From the NCBI RefSeq assembly GCF_006345805.1, contig NW_021833073.1, forward strand, positions 20,356 through 84,355: DNA of 64,000 nucleotides, written 5' to 3'. The notes beneath the pieces are model-generated. The model was not told where the DNA came from, searched no databases, and worked only from the letters and a program-made list of their open reading frames with translations. The translations under genes were made by a program, and so were the position numbers. This document shows, in pieces, positions 1-13,135 of this stretch. Numbering within the stretch: the first letter of the stretch is position 1; each line of letters begins with the position of its first letter. This DNA is from Octopus sinensis. Lineage: Eukaryota.

Positions 1-2160
1 TAATAATCCTTCAAGTACTTCATCATCTTTGCCATATAGCTTTAAGTCATCCATATAAAATAGATGGCTTATTTCCTGTTGTCAATTTTGTAGCCATATC
101 CTGTTCTATTCAGTTCACTTGAGAGTGGTATTAGTGCTATGCAGAAATTAGTGGTGAAAGTGAGTCACTTGGAAATTCCACAGTTATGCTAATGTTGTTT
201 TAGTGCAATACTCCATTAGAATGATATAATTGGAGCTTCGTGTTCCATAGAGACATGTTATACTTTAAAAAATCTGAGATCACAGGAGAAATTTTGAAAA
301 TGTCCAGCGATTTCAGAATCCACGAATGCGGTATGCTGTCAAAGACTTTTTATATAATCAATCCATGAAGAGCTGAGATTTCTGCGCTTGTTATGGCAGT
401 TCTCAAGGATCATGCGATTAATTAGGAGCTGATCTTTGCATCCGTATGAGCCTCGTCTGCATCCTTTTTGTTCAGTGGGGAAGAGGTTATTCTCTTCCAT
501 AAACGTATATGTTTTCTCTACTAGAATGGATGTCAAAATCTTATAGGTAGTAGATAAACATGTTACAGGCCAGTAGTTTTTTGATTCTTTCGTTTTGTTA
601 TTTTTGGGGAGGAGGTAAGTAATACCATTTGCCATCTAATGGGGCGTTTTTTTCGGGTCTTTCATAATACTATTAAATAGTATTACTAACATTTTGTGTG
701 CGGACGAGAGTGATGAGAGCCAGAAATTTGGTACTCTATCAATACCAGGGGATTTCCACTTATGAGCCTTCGTTGGTGCCCTCCTTAGGTCGGCGATTGA
801 GATGTCTTTCCATACCTGTTCTTGTAGATTTTTGTAGGCATCTTGGGTGCGTTTGATCCACTCTGCATTTTCATTGTATGGTTTCTCATTACTCCAGATC
901 CCCTTCCAAAAGTTTTCAACTTTTTCCATTAGGGGTGGATTTTCAATGGTTATTTTTTCTTTCCCTATTTCCCTGTAAAATGATTTGACATTGGATTTGA
1001 ACATATTTTGTTTGTAGAATTTGATTCTTTTCTCAAATCTGCGTATTCTCTGAGCTTTTGCTTGAACATTTTGTTTAAGTGTTTCTTTCGCTGACATTAG
1101 TTCTTCTCTTGTTGAGTGTCCATATTTTCTCACAATCTTCCTACCTTTTGTTGATCTTACATCATTTCCAGAGATTAGCTCAGTTAATATTGATATCTCC
1201 CTTCGCAATGATTCAATTTCAGTTTCAATTTACTCCTCCAGTTTGATTTTCTTTTCGAATTTGGTATTGTTGGCTTTTTGGGTGTGTTAAACAGCGTCTT
1301 TCGATTACCTTAGCGAGAGTAAATAAATAATTTAATTAATTTATTAAGATCGGGCTTTAGTTGGTGTATGATTTCTTGTTGTAACGCAGTTGCCAATTTT
1401 TATTTGTGTTTTATGTGGTGTGTATTTGAGAGTTTATGAGTGGTTCCCTATCATTCATAGTTGTATGGCCTACAACTGCAAGCTCATTCAGAACTTCTTG
1501 CTTCATTTCTGTGTTGTTCAACAAACATGTGGTCTTCAAATTCTGTTTCGACATCATTTTCCGGGCTGTTTTTTCTAGGGTCATTATATTTTCCTTTTTC
1601 TTCAGGATCTTGAGTCGTTTCGACAGATGGTCGCTTTTCAGTCAATGCTTGTGGCCCAACATTCCTCTCCTCAGCTTCGTTATTTCTTTCCTGACTTACA
1701 TTTAGGTCATTCTCTACCACTTTTTTAATAGAAGTTAATTCTGCATCCATCTGAGAGTCTGGTATTTCTGAAGATACTCTTCTAACATTGCTAATCTGTT
1801 TTCATCCAGGTTTGGTCTGCTAGCTAAATTCCGGCTCCTCAAAATTCTGTAGGAGTTTGCGGTGTGTTTCTTGGGTGGCCTACTTAATGCAAAGTAATAA
1901 GCATATATACTTCTTTATATTCTTCCTGGTTCCATTTAGTTTTTTTTACTTTTTTGATTTTCTGGTCGTTGTGGTGGTGAACTCTGGGTGCTTAATTTGG
2001 GACAAATCCCGTTTAAGTGACCTTCCAGATTCGTATTCGGGGAAGATATTCTGCCATTTGAAAAATTTTCGCCATCAGGCTGGCAGCCTCCTGACGGGCG
2101 CGCTTCCTGTATAACCATTGGACAAGCGATTAGGTGTACTGTTAGAAATTTTCGCTTCAA
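1..2160 (-). mobile_element. R4/Dong-clade (RLE) non-LTR retrotransposon, 5' part, frameshifted; runs off the window start
   Basis: ORF 339-635 has RT N-terminal motifs (NYWPVTCLSTTYK, EQKGCRRGSYGCKDQLLIN, WIDY). ORF 636-1208 has AKAQRIRRFEKR..FYREIG and KWKSPGIDRVPNFWL, homologous to the element at 50945-54200. Confidence 0.85.
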
Positions 2161-2245
2161 GTAAAGTTAAATTATTAAGTTTTCATTTAAAAAAAAGATA
2201 AATAAATAAAAAATTACCACTAATCTTCTTACAGGGTCCTCATTT

Positions 2246-2269
2246 ATCATCATCATCATCATCATCATG

Positions 2270-2325
<56 letters not shown>
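2246..2325. repeat. (ATC)n(ATT)n microsatellite at the 3' end of the adjacent minus-strand LINE
   Basis: Direct reading. Confidence 0.95.
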
Positions 2326-2326
<1 letters not shown>

Positions 2327-3235
2327 GTCAGTTTTATTTTTATAGCTGGCTTTCACTTCACTACCGAGCGCAGCTCTGTGTGCCTTGGGTATGTGCTGTG
2401 GTTGTGTGTGTGATGCTCTGATGGTTACTGTATTGAAAATGTTTGCATAGGATGTGGGCAGTGCTAGTAGTGCAATTTTCTGTATGTTATATGGTTTGTA
2501 AGTCCTGGTGTTTTTGTTATGTATTTGTCTGAATATTTCTTTATCATGCCTAATGCACCTACTATGATAGGAATTGTTTCTGTTTTTAGATTCCACATTC
2601 TGGTTACCTCTATTCCAGGTCTTTGTATTTTGAAAGTTTCTCCATTTTTTTAGAGACACGTTGTCATCTGCTGGTATTGATACATCAATTAGAAAGCATT
2701 TTTTTCTTCATTATCTCTGACAACTATATCTGGTCTGTTGGCCTTAATTCTCTATCTGTGTGTATTGGCAATATCTCAGAGTATGGTTGCTTTCTCGTTT
2801 TCTGTGACCTTTTCTGGTTTGTGCCTATACCATCTTTTTTCTGTTGTTATTCCATAATGTTGGCATAGTTTCCAGTGTATGTAGGTCCCAACTCTGTCGT
2901 GTCTGTGAATATATTCCTTCTTAGCCAGCACTGGGCAGCCAGAGATAATATGATTTATTGTTTCTTGTCCATCTCCACATATTCTGCAGTTACTTGTTAT
3001 ATTTCTTTTCATTATGTGTTTTTGGTAATTTCTGGCAGGGAGGCTTTGGTATTGTGCTGCAATTAAGAATCCCTCTGTCTCTGCTTTGAGTCCTGAGCTT
3101 CTCAACCATTGCTGGGATTTCTCTTTGTCTATTTCTTTTGCATTTATTATAGTCCAGTATTTGCCATCGTTTTATCATGGTCCATTGCTGTTCTATTTTT
3201 AGTTTGGATTTCATTTGTTTTGTAGCTCTTCTTCT

Positions 3236-3267
<32 letters not shown>

Positions 3268-4596
3268 TTCTTCTTCTTCTTCTTCTTCTCTTCTTCTTCT
3301 TCTTTGTTAGGTGGTATGATTTTTTGTTTGTATTTGTCAGCTTCCTTAAATACTGAGAACAGTTTTTTGTTTTGCTCGTGTTTTGCCGCTATTTGTATCA
3401 GTTTTCCTTCCTTCTGAAGTAGATATTTTTACAGTCCTATGGTTATTATTTTATAATAGTTTTCCAGCTGTATAAGGCCTCTACCAATTCTATACGTTGT
3501 ATATATAGCCTCTCTATGTCAGATTTTGGGTGATGCATCCTAGATCCTGTCATTATTTTCTTGTTTTCCTACCTATTTTGGTTAGTTCATTTAGTGTCCA
3601 GTTAAGGATATTGTAGCTGTAACTTATAACTGGGACAGCTAAAGTGTTAATACCTATTATCTTGTTCTTAGCATTGAGCTCTGGTTTTAGTATTGATCTA
3701 ACACGTCTATAATATTCTTTTTTTTATTTTCTCTTTCATTTGTGTGTGTTGTGTCTTATCTAGTTCATGGATTCCTAAGTGTTTGTAAGTTTGGCTTTGG
3801 TCTAATTCTCTTATTTCATTGGCTTTATCTAGTGTGATGTTGCTACTCTTAACTAGTTTTCCTCTTTTCAGGGTTACTTTGGCGCATTTCTCTAATCCAA
3901 ATTTCATATCTATTTCTTTGGTAAATCCACGAACTGTCTTTAATAGTGTTTCCAGCTGTTTGTCATTTGCAGCGTACATTTTTAGGTCATCCATATATAA
4001 AAGGTGGCTGATCGTTTTGCCGTAACATTTGTATCCGCATCTAGTTCTATCTAGCATATCCGATAGAGGTGACAGTGCCAAGCAGAAAAGGAGTGGAGAG
4101 AGCGTGTCTCCCTGGAATATTCCTCTTCTAATGGGGATGGCTTTGGTTTTCACGAGTCCCTCTTTTGTTTGGAGCTGTAGCACTGTCTGCCGTTTATTCA
4201 TAGAGTGTCTTATGTATTTTATAATTGTTGGTGCTACCTTGTTAATGGCTAATGTTTCGAGGATCCACGTGTGGGGAATGCTATCAAACGCCTTTCGGTA
4301 GTTGATCCAGGCCATACTGAGGCCTTTCTTCTTTCTGCGGCTGTCTTCAGTTATGGTTTTATTGATCATTAGTTGATCCTTACAGCCATATGAGTCCTTG
4401 CAGCATCCTTTCTGCTCTTCTGGAAACAGTTTGTTTTCGTCCAGGTGCTTGTTCAATCTTTGCGATATTACTGCAGTAAAGGCTTTGTACATTGTAGGGA
4501 GACAGGTTATAGGTCTGTAGTTTTGTGGTTTTGTTGTTTCATTGGATTGGGAATTAAGATGGTTTTCCTTTCGTGAGCCATTCAGGCATTGTCTCT
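2326..4596 (-). mobile_element. 5'-truncated R4/Dong-type LINE (RT + CCHC + restriction-like endonuclease), disrupted
   Basis: ORF 3707-4492 is RT (GIFQGDTLSPLLF, LLYMDDLK). ORF 2776-3105 has CRICGDGQETINHIISGCP. Highly similar to 52300-54200. (ATT)n on both sides. Confidence 0.93.
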
Positions 4597-4744
4597 ATTA
4601 TTATTATATTTATATTATTATTATTATTATATTATTATTATTATTATTAATATTATTATTATTATTATTATTATTTTATTATTATTATTATTATTATTAT
4701 TTTTATTTTTATTATTATTATTTTATTATACTATTATTAAGTTA

Positions 4745-4881
4745 AGGAGGCAATAACGAATCACCAAAGGTTTCAGGTAGTGCCTTCTCCTGTGACTCAA
4801 AGAGACAATACTCTCCTTAGAATGCGAGCTGTATCCAACAATGCTGTCTTCTGGATCACTTCGAGCCTAACAACAGCTCCA
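4745..4881 (-). mobile_element. Short 3'-terminal fragment of an RLE LINE
   Basis: Encodes EVIQKTALLDTARILRRVLSL, a typical RLE LINE C-terminus; flanked by (ATT)n. Confidence 0.7.
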
Positions 4882-5029
4882 ATATTATTATTAATATTGT
4901 TATTATTAATATTATTATTATTATTATTATCGATTATGTTGTTGTTATTGAGTAAGAGAGTAGCGGGTGCCATTAAAATGACGCTGAGGATCAAGTATAC
5001 GAAGCCTAGTATACCCATCATGGCAATCT

Positions 5030-5170
5030 TTTCATGCTCCCCCACCAATCTAACAAATGATCAGAGATGCACATATGGCCGGGCGCTAAGGGATATACTC
5101 AGCTAGTTATGGTCAAACAACTGACAAGCAAATCTTTATTGGAGACAGCGAAGCATTTGTGATTTGTACT
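5030..5170 (-). repeat. Interspersed repeat fragment, also present at ~50690-50800 in the opposite orientation
   Basis: The reverse complement gatttgcttgtcagttgtttgacc...tgtgcatctctgatca...gtgggggagcat matches 50695-50790. Confidence 0.75.
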
Positions 5171-5283
5171 TGGGTGTTGTTAAGTATCGTGGAAAGAGAT
5201 CCTGTAAGACATTTGACAACAGGTTGCTGTCCACTCTTATAGAATTAACCGGAGCAAGTGAAATCGAGAAGTGGAATGGAGAT

Positions 5284-5378
5284 GATAGATAGATTGATTG
5301 ATTAATTGACTAATTGATAGATAGATAGATTAGAGAGATAAATAGATAGATAGACAGACAGACAGACAGAGAGATAGT

Positions 5379-5443
<65 letters not shown>

Positions 5444-5487
5444 TAGAGAGATAAATAGATAGATAGACAGACAGACAGATAGATAGT

Positions 5488-5551
<64 letters not shown>

Positions 5552-5552
5552 C

Positions 5553-5640
<88 letters not shown>

Positions 5641-5661
5641 TAGAGAGATAAATAGATAGAT
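5284..5661. repeat. (GATA)n/(GACA)n array with a higher-order unit
   Basis: gattagagagataaatagataga recurs at ~5328, 5441 and 5639. Confidence 0.95.
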
Positions 5662-8600
5662 ATGTTTCTTTATTAGCCACACATGGCTGCACAAAGACAG
5701 GACAAATTACAAGATAGAGCTTTTCTTTTGGGGGTAAAAAAGGGGGTTTGGTTTTCGATCAAAAGGGATCGTAAAAGAAAAGAAAGAGGACAAAAAAAGG
5801 GGGGATCAAAAAAAATTAAAATTAAAAAATTAAAAAAGGGGGGAAGGGGAAGGAAAAAATTGATCAATAGGGATCGTTATCACAGAAATGTCAGTATGAA
5901 GTGTAAAGGGGATGACAGGTGAGGTTTACCCGTGGAAAGAAAAGCCTACGGAAAAGACCACGGTCAATGAAGTCACATGTTAAATTTCTTTTTTTTTTGC
6001 AAGTAAGCAACTCTCTGTATTAATTTTTATGGTTCATAGAATCATAGTCAAGGTGGCTTCGTCATTCATACGTGCCATCCTTGCTACATTCACCATCTTT
6101 TTTAAAACATTCACTAGACAAAACTTGCCTCTCTACTCTCACTTTCCTCTTCAAGTGATACTAGAAGAAGTTGATGAGAGATTGACCAGGGAGGAAAGTG
6201 TTTGTCTCTAATCCTTTCAGGCGCGTCCACCAGATACATTCTTTCGCCATAGCCACAAGTATGATAAAAATAGCTCTTCCTTCCCGTTTGAAGGAAGGAG
6301 GCGTGACGATATTAACGATAGACTCGGCTGATAAACCGACACGTCCCACACGTGACAGCAGTCGTTCGACATAAGCCCACAGGTCGGAGATTGTTGGACA
6401 CTGCACGATTGCGTGCAGAGCGGTTTCGTCGCTCTGCCCGCATCTCAGGCAGGTCGGCCCCGTGTTTCTCGAGCCATGCCTATAGAGCTTATCCCGAACG
6501 GGTAGCGTTTCTCGGTAGCACCGCCAGGCCAGGGATCTCTGGAAGTTGTGCATAGGTCCCGGCCCGAAAGTCGTTTCAAACAGGCGGGTCAGGTATTCCT
6601 CGTCGACGCCCAGGTTCGCCCCAAGATTGTCGTCGTACCTCCCCTCCACTAATCCCCTATAGAATGCTTTGGTTGTGTTGAAGTCACCCAAGGTCGACCC
6701 GGGACGGCAGAGTTGCTTGAGAGCAACGCGACACTCGCGGTGCCATTCGCCCTTCCTCGGCCTCTTTTTGATCCACGACTGCAGTTCGGTCATGGAGACG
6801 AGCTGCTGGAAAGCGTGCCTCACAAACGGCGACCACACCTGTTCACCGTCGTCTACATAGAGCCGGAGATATCGCAGTCTCAGCGCGTGTCTGCGCATCA
6901 TCAACAACGGCATGCCCAGCCCTCCTTTTAACGGGTGTTGACAGCAAATGGATCGCCTGACCATCGGGACGCATCCTTTCCACAAGAAGCGGAAGAGAAT
7001 GTGTTCTAGTTTGGTGACGGTAGGGTCGGGACAAGGTACGACGGTCAGGCGGTAGTAGATGATGGACGCGATATACGTGTTCACCACCTCCGCCCGACCT
7101 TTTAGGGACAGTTTCCTCTCGGCCCACTGCCGGGCGAGAGTGACCACCCTACTCGTTATCTCGTTCCAGTTCTTCTCCATTTGGAGGTCCGGACCGAACC
7201 AGACCCCGAGCAACTCAACCGGGCCGTCCGTCCGTCCAGCGTCCCACGACGGATGTACTGGTAGACGGCATGGGCTTGCTTCTCCAGGTGCCGAGCCGCA
7301 AGCCCACTGACTTTTCTCGGTTGATTTTTGCTCCTGTCACCGCTTCGTAGTCTTTCAGTGTCTCGCCGACCAGCTCGATGTGCTCGTGGCTTGACACTAT
7401 GACGGTGACGTCGTCCGCGTATGCAGACACGCTCGTCCCGCATCCCAATTCTCGCGGGATGCCCCTCAGAGTCGCCAGCTTCCACAGTAGTGGCTCAAGA
7501 GTCAATACGTATAGAAGCGCCGAGAGGGGGCATCCCTGACGGACCGAACGTGCAATGTCGAAAGGTCTCGATAGATGTCCATTTACGCGAATTACCGAAC
7601 GGATGCCTCTGTACAAGGCAGCTATCCAGCCGCGGAAGACGGGACCGAAACCAGCCGCTCTCAGGACTGCCTCCAAGTATCGATGGTCTACCTTATCGAA
7701 GGCTTTCGATTGATCCAAGTTGATCAGGGCCCAACCCATGCCAGGTTCCTTAACTACTCTGTCTATGATGTAGCGCATCAGATGGAGGTTGTCATGGATG
7801 CTCCGGCTCGGCACGGCGCACGTTTGTGCGTTGTCGACCAGTTTCTCGATGACAAGCGCCAACCTCTTGGCTAACACCTTTGTCAAAATTTTCAGGTCTG
7901 CATTGAGCAGAGTGATTGGTCTAAACTTTAGACTCTAAAGTTATCTATAATGTTCCTTGTGTTTGGATCTTTCTTCAGCAGCGTTACGGCTCCTCGACTC
8001 ACAAAACCGAGTATGCTCCCGTTTTGCTGCCAGTTGCAGCATACCGCTGCCAAGACGTCTCCAAACAAGTCTGGCATACAATTGTAAAACTCGTAGGGCA
8101 GACCATCCAAGCCCGGCGATTTGTCTCTCGAGCATTCTGTCATCGCGTCCCGCACATCCGCCGCCGTGATGGCACCTTCGCAGCACTCTGCCTCTCTTGC
8201 CGAGAGTCGTGGTAGGCTGTGCAGGTAGGCACTGAAGTCCACCCTGCGTTCACGCTCGCCACTCGTCCCGTACAGTCGGGCAAAGTGCCGCTGAAATGTC
8301 TCGCACATCTTGCTGGGCTCGAGCAATTCGCGCCCTTGTTCATCTACCAGAGACCGAATGGTGGCTTTGTTGCCCTACTGCGCCTCCGCCACCCGGGCCG
8401 CCCTCGCGGCTCCAACACCTTCCATCCTTAGAGCATGCATCCTAGCCCTGACAGCACACCCTTCGTGTTTGGCGTTGAAGTGTTAGTCAAGGGCCGACCT
8501 CGCCGCTAAAACGTCGGATGTGATGCCGCTTCTTATTGCCTTTTCTAACTTCTTAGCTAACTCACCCTCCGCTCTATTTCTATCTACGGCTAGTGCCTTG

Positions 8601-8750
8601 CTATATCTAATTGCTTCCGCTTTTACTGCTCTCTTGAGGGCGAATCACCATTTGTTGTTGACAATGGCTCCCGTTAAAGCCCTTTTTACTAATATGTTGA
8701 TTCTGTCTCTGAAAACCTGTCTGGACGGGAAAGATGCGTTCAGTTTCCAG
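5662..8750 (-). mobile_element. 5'-truncated L1/Tx1-clade LINE (ORF2 RT, zf-RVT-like C-terminus), frameshifted
   Basis: ORFs 7928-8326 (KSPGLDGLPYEFY), 7215-7886 (LDQSKAFDKV, RQGCPLS, YADDV) and 6161-7213 (CLRCGQSDETALHAIVQC). Truncated at WKLNAS. The 3' end follows AATAAA and abuts (ATCT)n. Confidence 0.92.
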
Positions 8751-8781
8751 ATAGATAGACAGACAGACAGATAGTTAGATA

Positions 8782-9102
8782 GATAGTTTTAACGAATTCG
8801 AAATATTACAAGTTAAGAATTCAGCTTCATTTTTATTGTCATTTTAAATGTCATTTTTACGCAGTAGTTTCTTTTTCTTGTAAGAATTTGATATGACAAT
8901 TTCTGAAGAAGGAACCTCTTTGAACATAGATGTGAAACGAATTGATCACTAGCACATTGTTATAAGGAATCGATTTTTCAGTTCTCTCATCGATGTTTAC
9001 ATCCTGCACCGATAATAAGTTAGCAAAGAAATACAGTCATACGTACATACTTTACGTATGCACAATCATGAATGTTCACTCACAAACACACACACACACA
9101 CT

Positions 9103-9156
<54 letters not shown>

Positions 9157-9230
9157 CACAATTTATACTTATATAAAAATACATATGTACATAGGCGCAG
9201 GGTGTCTGTGTGGTAAGAAGCTATGATGCT
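8782..9230 (+). repeat. Segment A of an inverted duplication; partner at 21541-21962
   Basis: Near-identical reverse complement; ORFs 8993-9226(+) and 21569-21751(-) begin with the same peptide. Confidence 0.93.
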
Positions 9231-9323
9231 GGGTTCAGTCCCACTGCGTGGCAACTTGGGCAAGTGTCTTCTTCAATAGCCCTCCGAAGCTAAAAGATAT
9301 ACGCCGTATATACACACACCACA

Positions 9324-9378
<55 letters not shown>

Positions 9379-9398
9379 TATATATATATATATATATA

Positions 9399-10470
9399 TA
9401 GGCAAGGAAAAATTATAAAAAGGCAGAATGCTAAATTGAAGATAAATTTTAATGAAAATGGGTGCATGGAATTAAAAAAAATTTTTTTTTCTAAATATTA
9501 ACCGTAATCGGTTTTCGTCGCTATGCGACTTTTCAGGAATTTGTCTGTGAATATATTCCTTCTTAGCCAGGACTGGGCAGCTAGAGATAATATGATTTAT
9601 TGTTTCTTGTCCATCTCCACATATTCTGCAGTTACTTGTAATATTTCTTTTCATTACATGTTTTTGGTAATTTCTGGTGGGGAGGCTTTTACTATTATTA
9701 TTATTATGTTATTATTATTGTTATTATTATTATTATTATTTTATTATTATATTATTATTATTATTATTATTATATATGACGTAACAATCTGAAATGAAAT
9801 TATAAATTGGTTTATGTAAATTCATATAGAAAACAATATAAATAAAGTGTTAAAATCTGAATGTTAATTTAGCAAACAATTAAATAAAAAAAGATAAAGC
9901 AAATGAAGCTAAAATTATAATTTTATAATTTAAGGTTTATTAACATCCTATCTTACAAAAAATTGATAATCCCAATTGAAGAGCATAAAATCCACAGAGT
10001 GGTGTCCCCTTACTCACAGGAACTGGATAACTCCTACCCCATTTCCTGTCTTGACATTTATTTAACAAACATCCTAAATTAAACACCACATGGATTTAAT
10101 CACATGGATCTTAATCCTCCAAGGAAATTTTTCTAAGAACTATCTTTGAACTCGAGATGCACAAAGACTTGACAATGTATCGGTGTACATATTTTTAAAT
10201 TTTTATATATGTTTATTATTTTTTTTTGCAAAAAACAATGTAATTTTCTTTTTTCCCCTCCTCAATTATAAAAAAAAATTTTTTCAACTTACAATTCCTG
10301 AAAAGTCGCATTGCGCGAAAACCGGTTAGAGCTAATATTGTTTTAAAAAAATTTTTAGAATTTTGCATACATCCATTTACATTAAAATTTACCTTCAATT
10401 TAGCATTCTGCCTTTTTATAATTTTTCCTTGCCTATCATTTCTCCACGTGCGGTCAATACAGTCCCACTA
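9399..10470 (+). mobile_element. Penelope-like 3'-end relic (~9930-10470) with an inverted partial copy (9399-9540) and an internal R4 LINE fragment (9541-9688)
   Basis: 9399-9540 is the reverse complement of 10292-10436. 9930-10470 aligns with the reverse complement of the PLE 3' region 35430-35900, extending beyond the inverted repeat. Confidence 0.7.
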
Positions 10471-10477
10471 TTTATTG

Positions 10478-10539
<62 letters not shown>

Positions 10540-10540
<1 letters not shown>

Positions 10541-10877
10541 TTGTATTTGTTGCAGTCACTTGACTGCGGCCATGCTAGAGCACCGTCTTTACTCGAACGA
10601 ATCTACCCCAGGACTTAAACATAGCTTGCCGAATTGCTAAGTACGGGGTCTGAAACACCAACATCGGTTTTCAAGCGATGGTGGGGGGACAAACACAGAT
10701 ACACAATCACGCACAGCTCACATTCATATATATATATGAAGGGCTTCTTTCAGTTTCCGTCTAACAAATCCATTGACGAGGCTTTTCTCGGCCCGAGGCT
10801 ATAGTACAAGACACCTGCCTAAGGTGCCACGCAGTGGGACTGAACCCGGAATCATGTAGTTGGTAAGCAAGCTACTT
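10540..10877 (-). mobile_element. tRNA-derived SINE (family 1), interrupted by the ORF1-only insertion
   Basis: Shared family body (cagtttccgtcta..., gtgggactgaacccgga); the head continues at 12849 after the TSD. Confidence 0.88.
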
Positions 10878-12848
10878 TATTTCATAAAATTTGTCATCAT
10901 AGACAGTACAAAGTGTGTGTAGCTTTGCGGGCTGGACAAACACATTAATGAATGAAAATGAAATAGAATGAATAAATGAGAGACGAAACCCAACACCCGC
11001 CGATTGGATTTTTCTCGAAAACATATTTTCTTTTTTTAAAAATCAATATGAGGTTTCAAACCTCTTACAAGAAGGAGGCACTAAAACTTCTTACTTAACA
11101 TGTTTTTTTTAAAAAAAACAGACAATTGATGTTATAAACCACTACAAATAATACAATAAGATGAGGTTTCAAACCCTATAACGAGGGTCTTTCACCTCCT
11201 ACTCTTCGATATATCCATCTATATATTCATCATTATCTTCAATGCCGCTTGAGTTTCTGTATCCCGCATGTTCCCATACCTCACTCTTGTAGGACATGTA
11301 AGTCATGTAAGGGCCACCCGGCCATATGCGACACTCCTCCCCAAATCCTTTAAGCCTTTCCCACAAGGGAAACTTTATGACCTCCACTGCTATCTGCGGA
11401 GGCCATTCGGGATCCTGTGTGAAGGGTATATCTACTGTCTCTTTATGTTCTTCTGCTATTTTTTCCACCTCCCCGCCCTTGTAGGAAAAGATAATTAATT
11501 GATCATCTTTAAGGGTGGGGGTGGTTTCTTCCACCGTGGGTGGCACAACTTCGGGACATGCAGACGGCACATCATCTCCCCGCTGAGATGACGCGTTCTT
11601 GTTCCTTCTTTTTTTTTTCTTCCTGACTTCGGGAGAGTGGAGCTCTTCCGCTTTGTCCTGAGACACTCCCCCGCCTTCCGAAGCCTTAGGTTCCTCCGGC
11701 GGGCAACTATTGTTGTCCGCCTTCTTCCTTTTTAATCCTTTTTGAGTTGAGGAGGCTGAAGCCTCCTCGACCACATCCACCTCTCCCTTTGACCGGGTAG
11801 AGGAGGTGTCATCTAGTGACTGTTCCAGGACCTTACCATGGTCCTGGGGGCAGTTCCTTTTAATGTGGCCTGGCTGCAGGCATGAGTGACACTTGGGGGG
11901 ACGTCCCTCAAGTATCACCGGATACCTGCTGCCAGCCATTTTCAAGAAATCTGGAAAAACCAGATCTGTTGCAGCCAATGGGGTCCACGGGGTCAAAATC
12001 GCTTTTGACCCTTCCCAATCGATCGCCGGTAATACCCATACCCAGGCTCGTATTAAATTTTCTCCCACAATATGACGGTAGGAATTGAATTTCCTTGCCT
12101 TCTAAAGGCTGACTCGCAAACTGGCGAGCCTTTTCCCCGTTGTCAAACAGCAACCATACGGTTGCATGTTTGACACCACGGGATATATATTTTAAAGAGG
12201 ATAAATATTCTTTAAGTTCATTTTTTATGACTTGTTTTGAGAAGACGGTGATGGAATTAAGAACTTTAGAATATCTAAGTACCATCGTCTTGTCCTCCAT
12301 ATCTTTTAACCACTGCTTAGGCGGGTTAATTTCCCACTCTACGACAGGTTTTCTTTTTAAGTTCCTTCTCTGCCATGTCAAAAAACAGTTCAAAAGTAGT
12401 TCAAAAGACAGTCTGCCGAAAAATTAAACCGAATAAAAATAAAACAAAATAAAAGAGATGGGGAGGAAACTGAAATTAAAATAAAGAAAAAAATGAACCA
12501 AAATTTAGAAAGAAAGAAAAAACAGAAGAAGGAAAAAGTAAAAGAAAAACCTCACAAATAACACGGACAGGGAATCTTTTGTATAATACTCCAAAAAGGT
12601 AATCCAAATGCTTATTTTTATTTTTCTGGCGAGATACGCCCACTAGAATTTACAAAATGAATTTTCAAGCAAAAATTCTCAATTCACCGTTACGGTGATG
12701 AGAACCCAGTATTTTGCTCGCTATAGCGAGACATAAATGACAATTTTTCTATTTGTTCATTTTTTTTTTTCTATTCACGGAACCGAAACTCACATCTTCT
12801 CACTGTAACAGTCCAGACCAACTAGTGTTGCATTCTGGTTAACTAGAA
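10878..12848 (-). mobile_element. ORF1-only (HAL1-like) non-autonomous retroelement with 13-15 bp TSD
   Basis: GTAAGCAAGCTACTT at 10863-10877 and 12849-12863. The only coding content is an L1/Tx1-type ORF1. The 3' end is at AATAAA. Confidence 0.8.
11199..12393 (-). pseudogene. L1/Tx1-type ORF1 protein (RRM-like + CCHC knuckle), split by a frameshift
   Basis: ISRGVKHATVWLLF...LPSYCGRK and VILEGRPPKCHSCLQPGHIKRNC align with ORF1 at 58709-59800 (VTKGKRFGTVEVRF...PTYLGRR; VAVEGRKSKCYLC). Confidence 0.8.
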
Positions 12849-13135
12849 GTAAGCAAGCTACTTACCACACAGTCACTCCTGTGCCTGTATAAATGTATAT
12901 TTAAGTGTGTGTGAGTGTGTGTAGGTGACAGTGTTTGTCCCCCACACCCGCCATCGATTGACAACGGATGTTGGTGTGTTTACATCCCTGAAATGTAACG
13001 GTTTGGCAAAAGAGACCTATAGAATAAGTACTACACTTACAAAGAATAAGTCCTGGGGTCGATTTCTTCGACTTTTGGTTGTGCTCCAGCATGGCCGCAG
13101 TCAAATGACTGAAACAAGTAAGCAAATAAGTGAAT
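12849..13135. mobile_element. SINE family 1 head remnant plus SINE 3' part
   Basis: Matches other family 1 copies. Confidence 0.75.

Noticed and set aside
8895-8950. CTGAAGA...GAAAC in duplicated segment A
   Set aside because: Stem II is weak and there is no stem III or cleavage triplet; at most a fossil.
11908-12068. Programmed ribosomal frameshift between the two overlapping ORF1 pieces
   Set aside because: The segment is ~20 aa shorter than in the homolog at 58709-59800, which fits a deletion-induced frameshift better.
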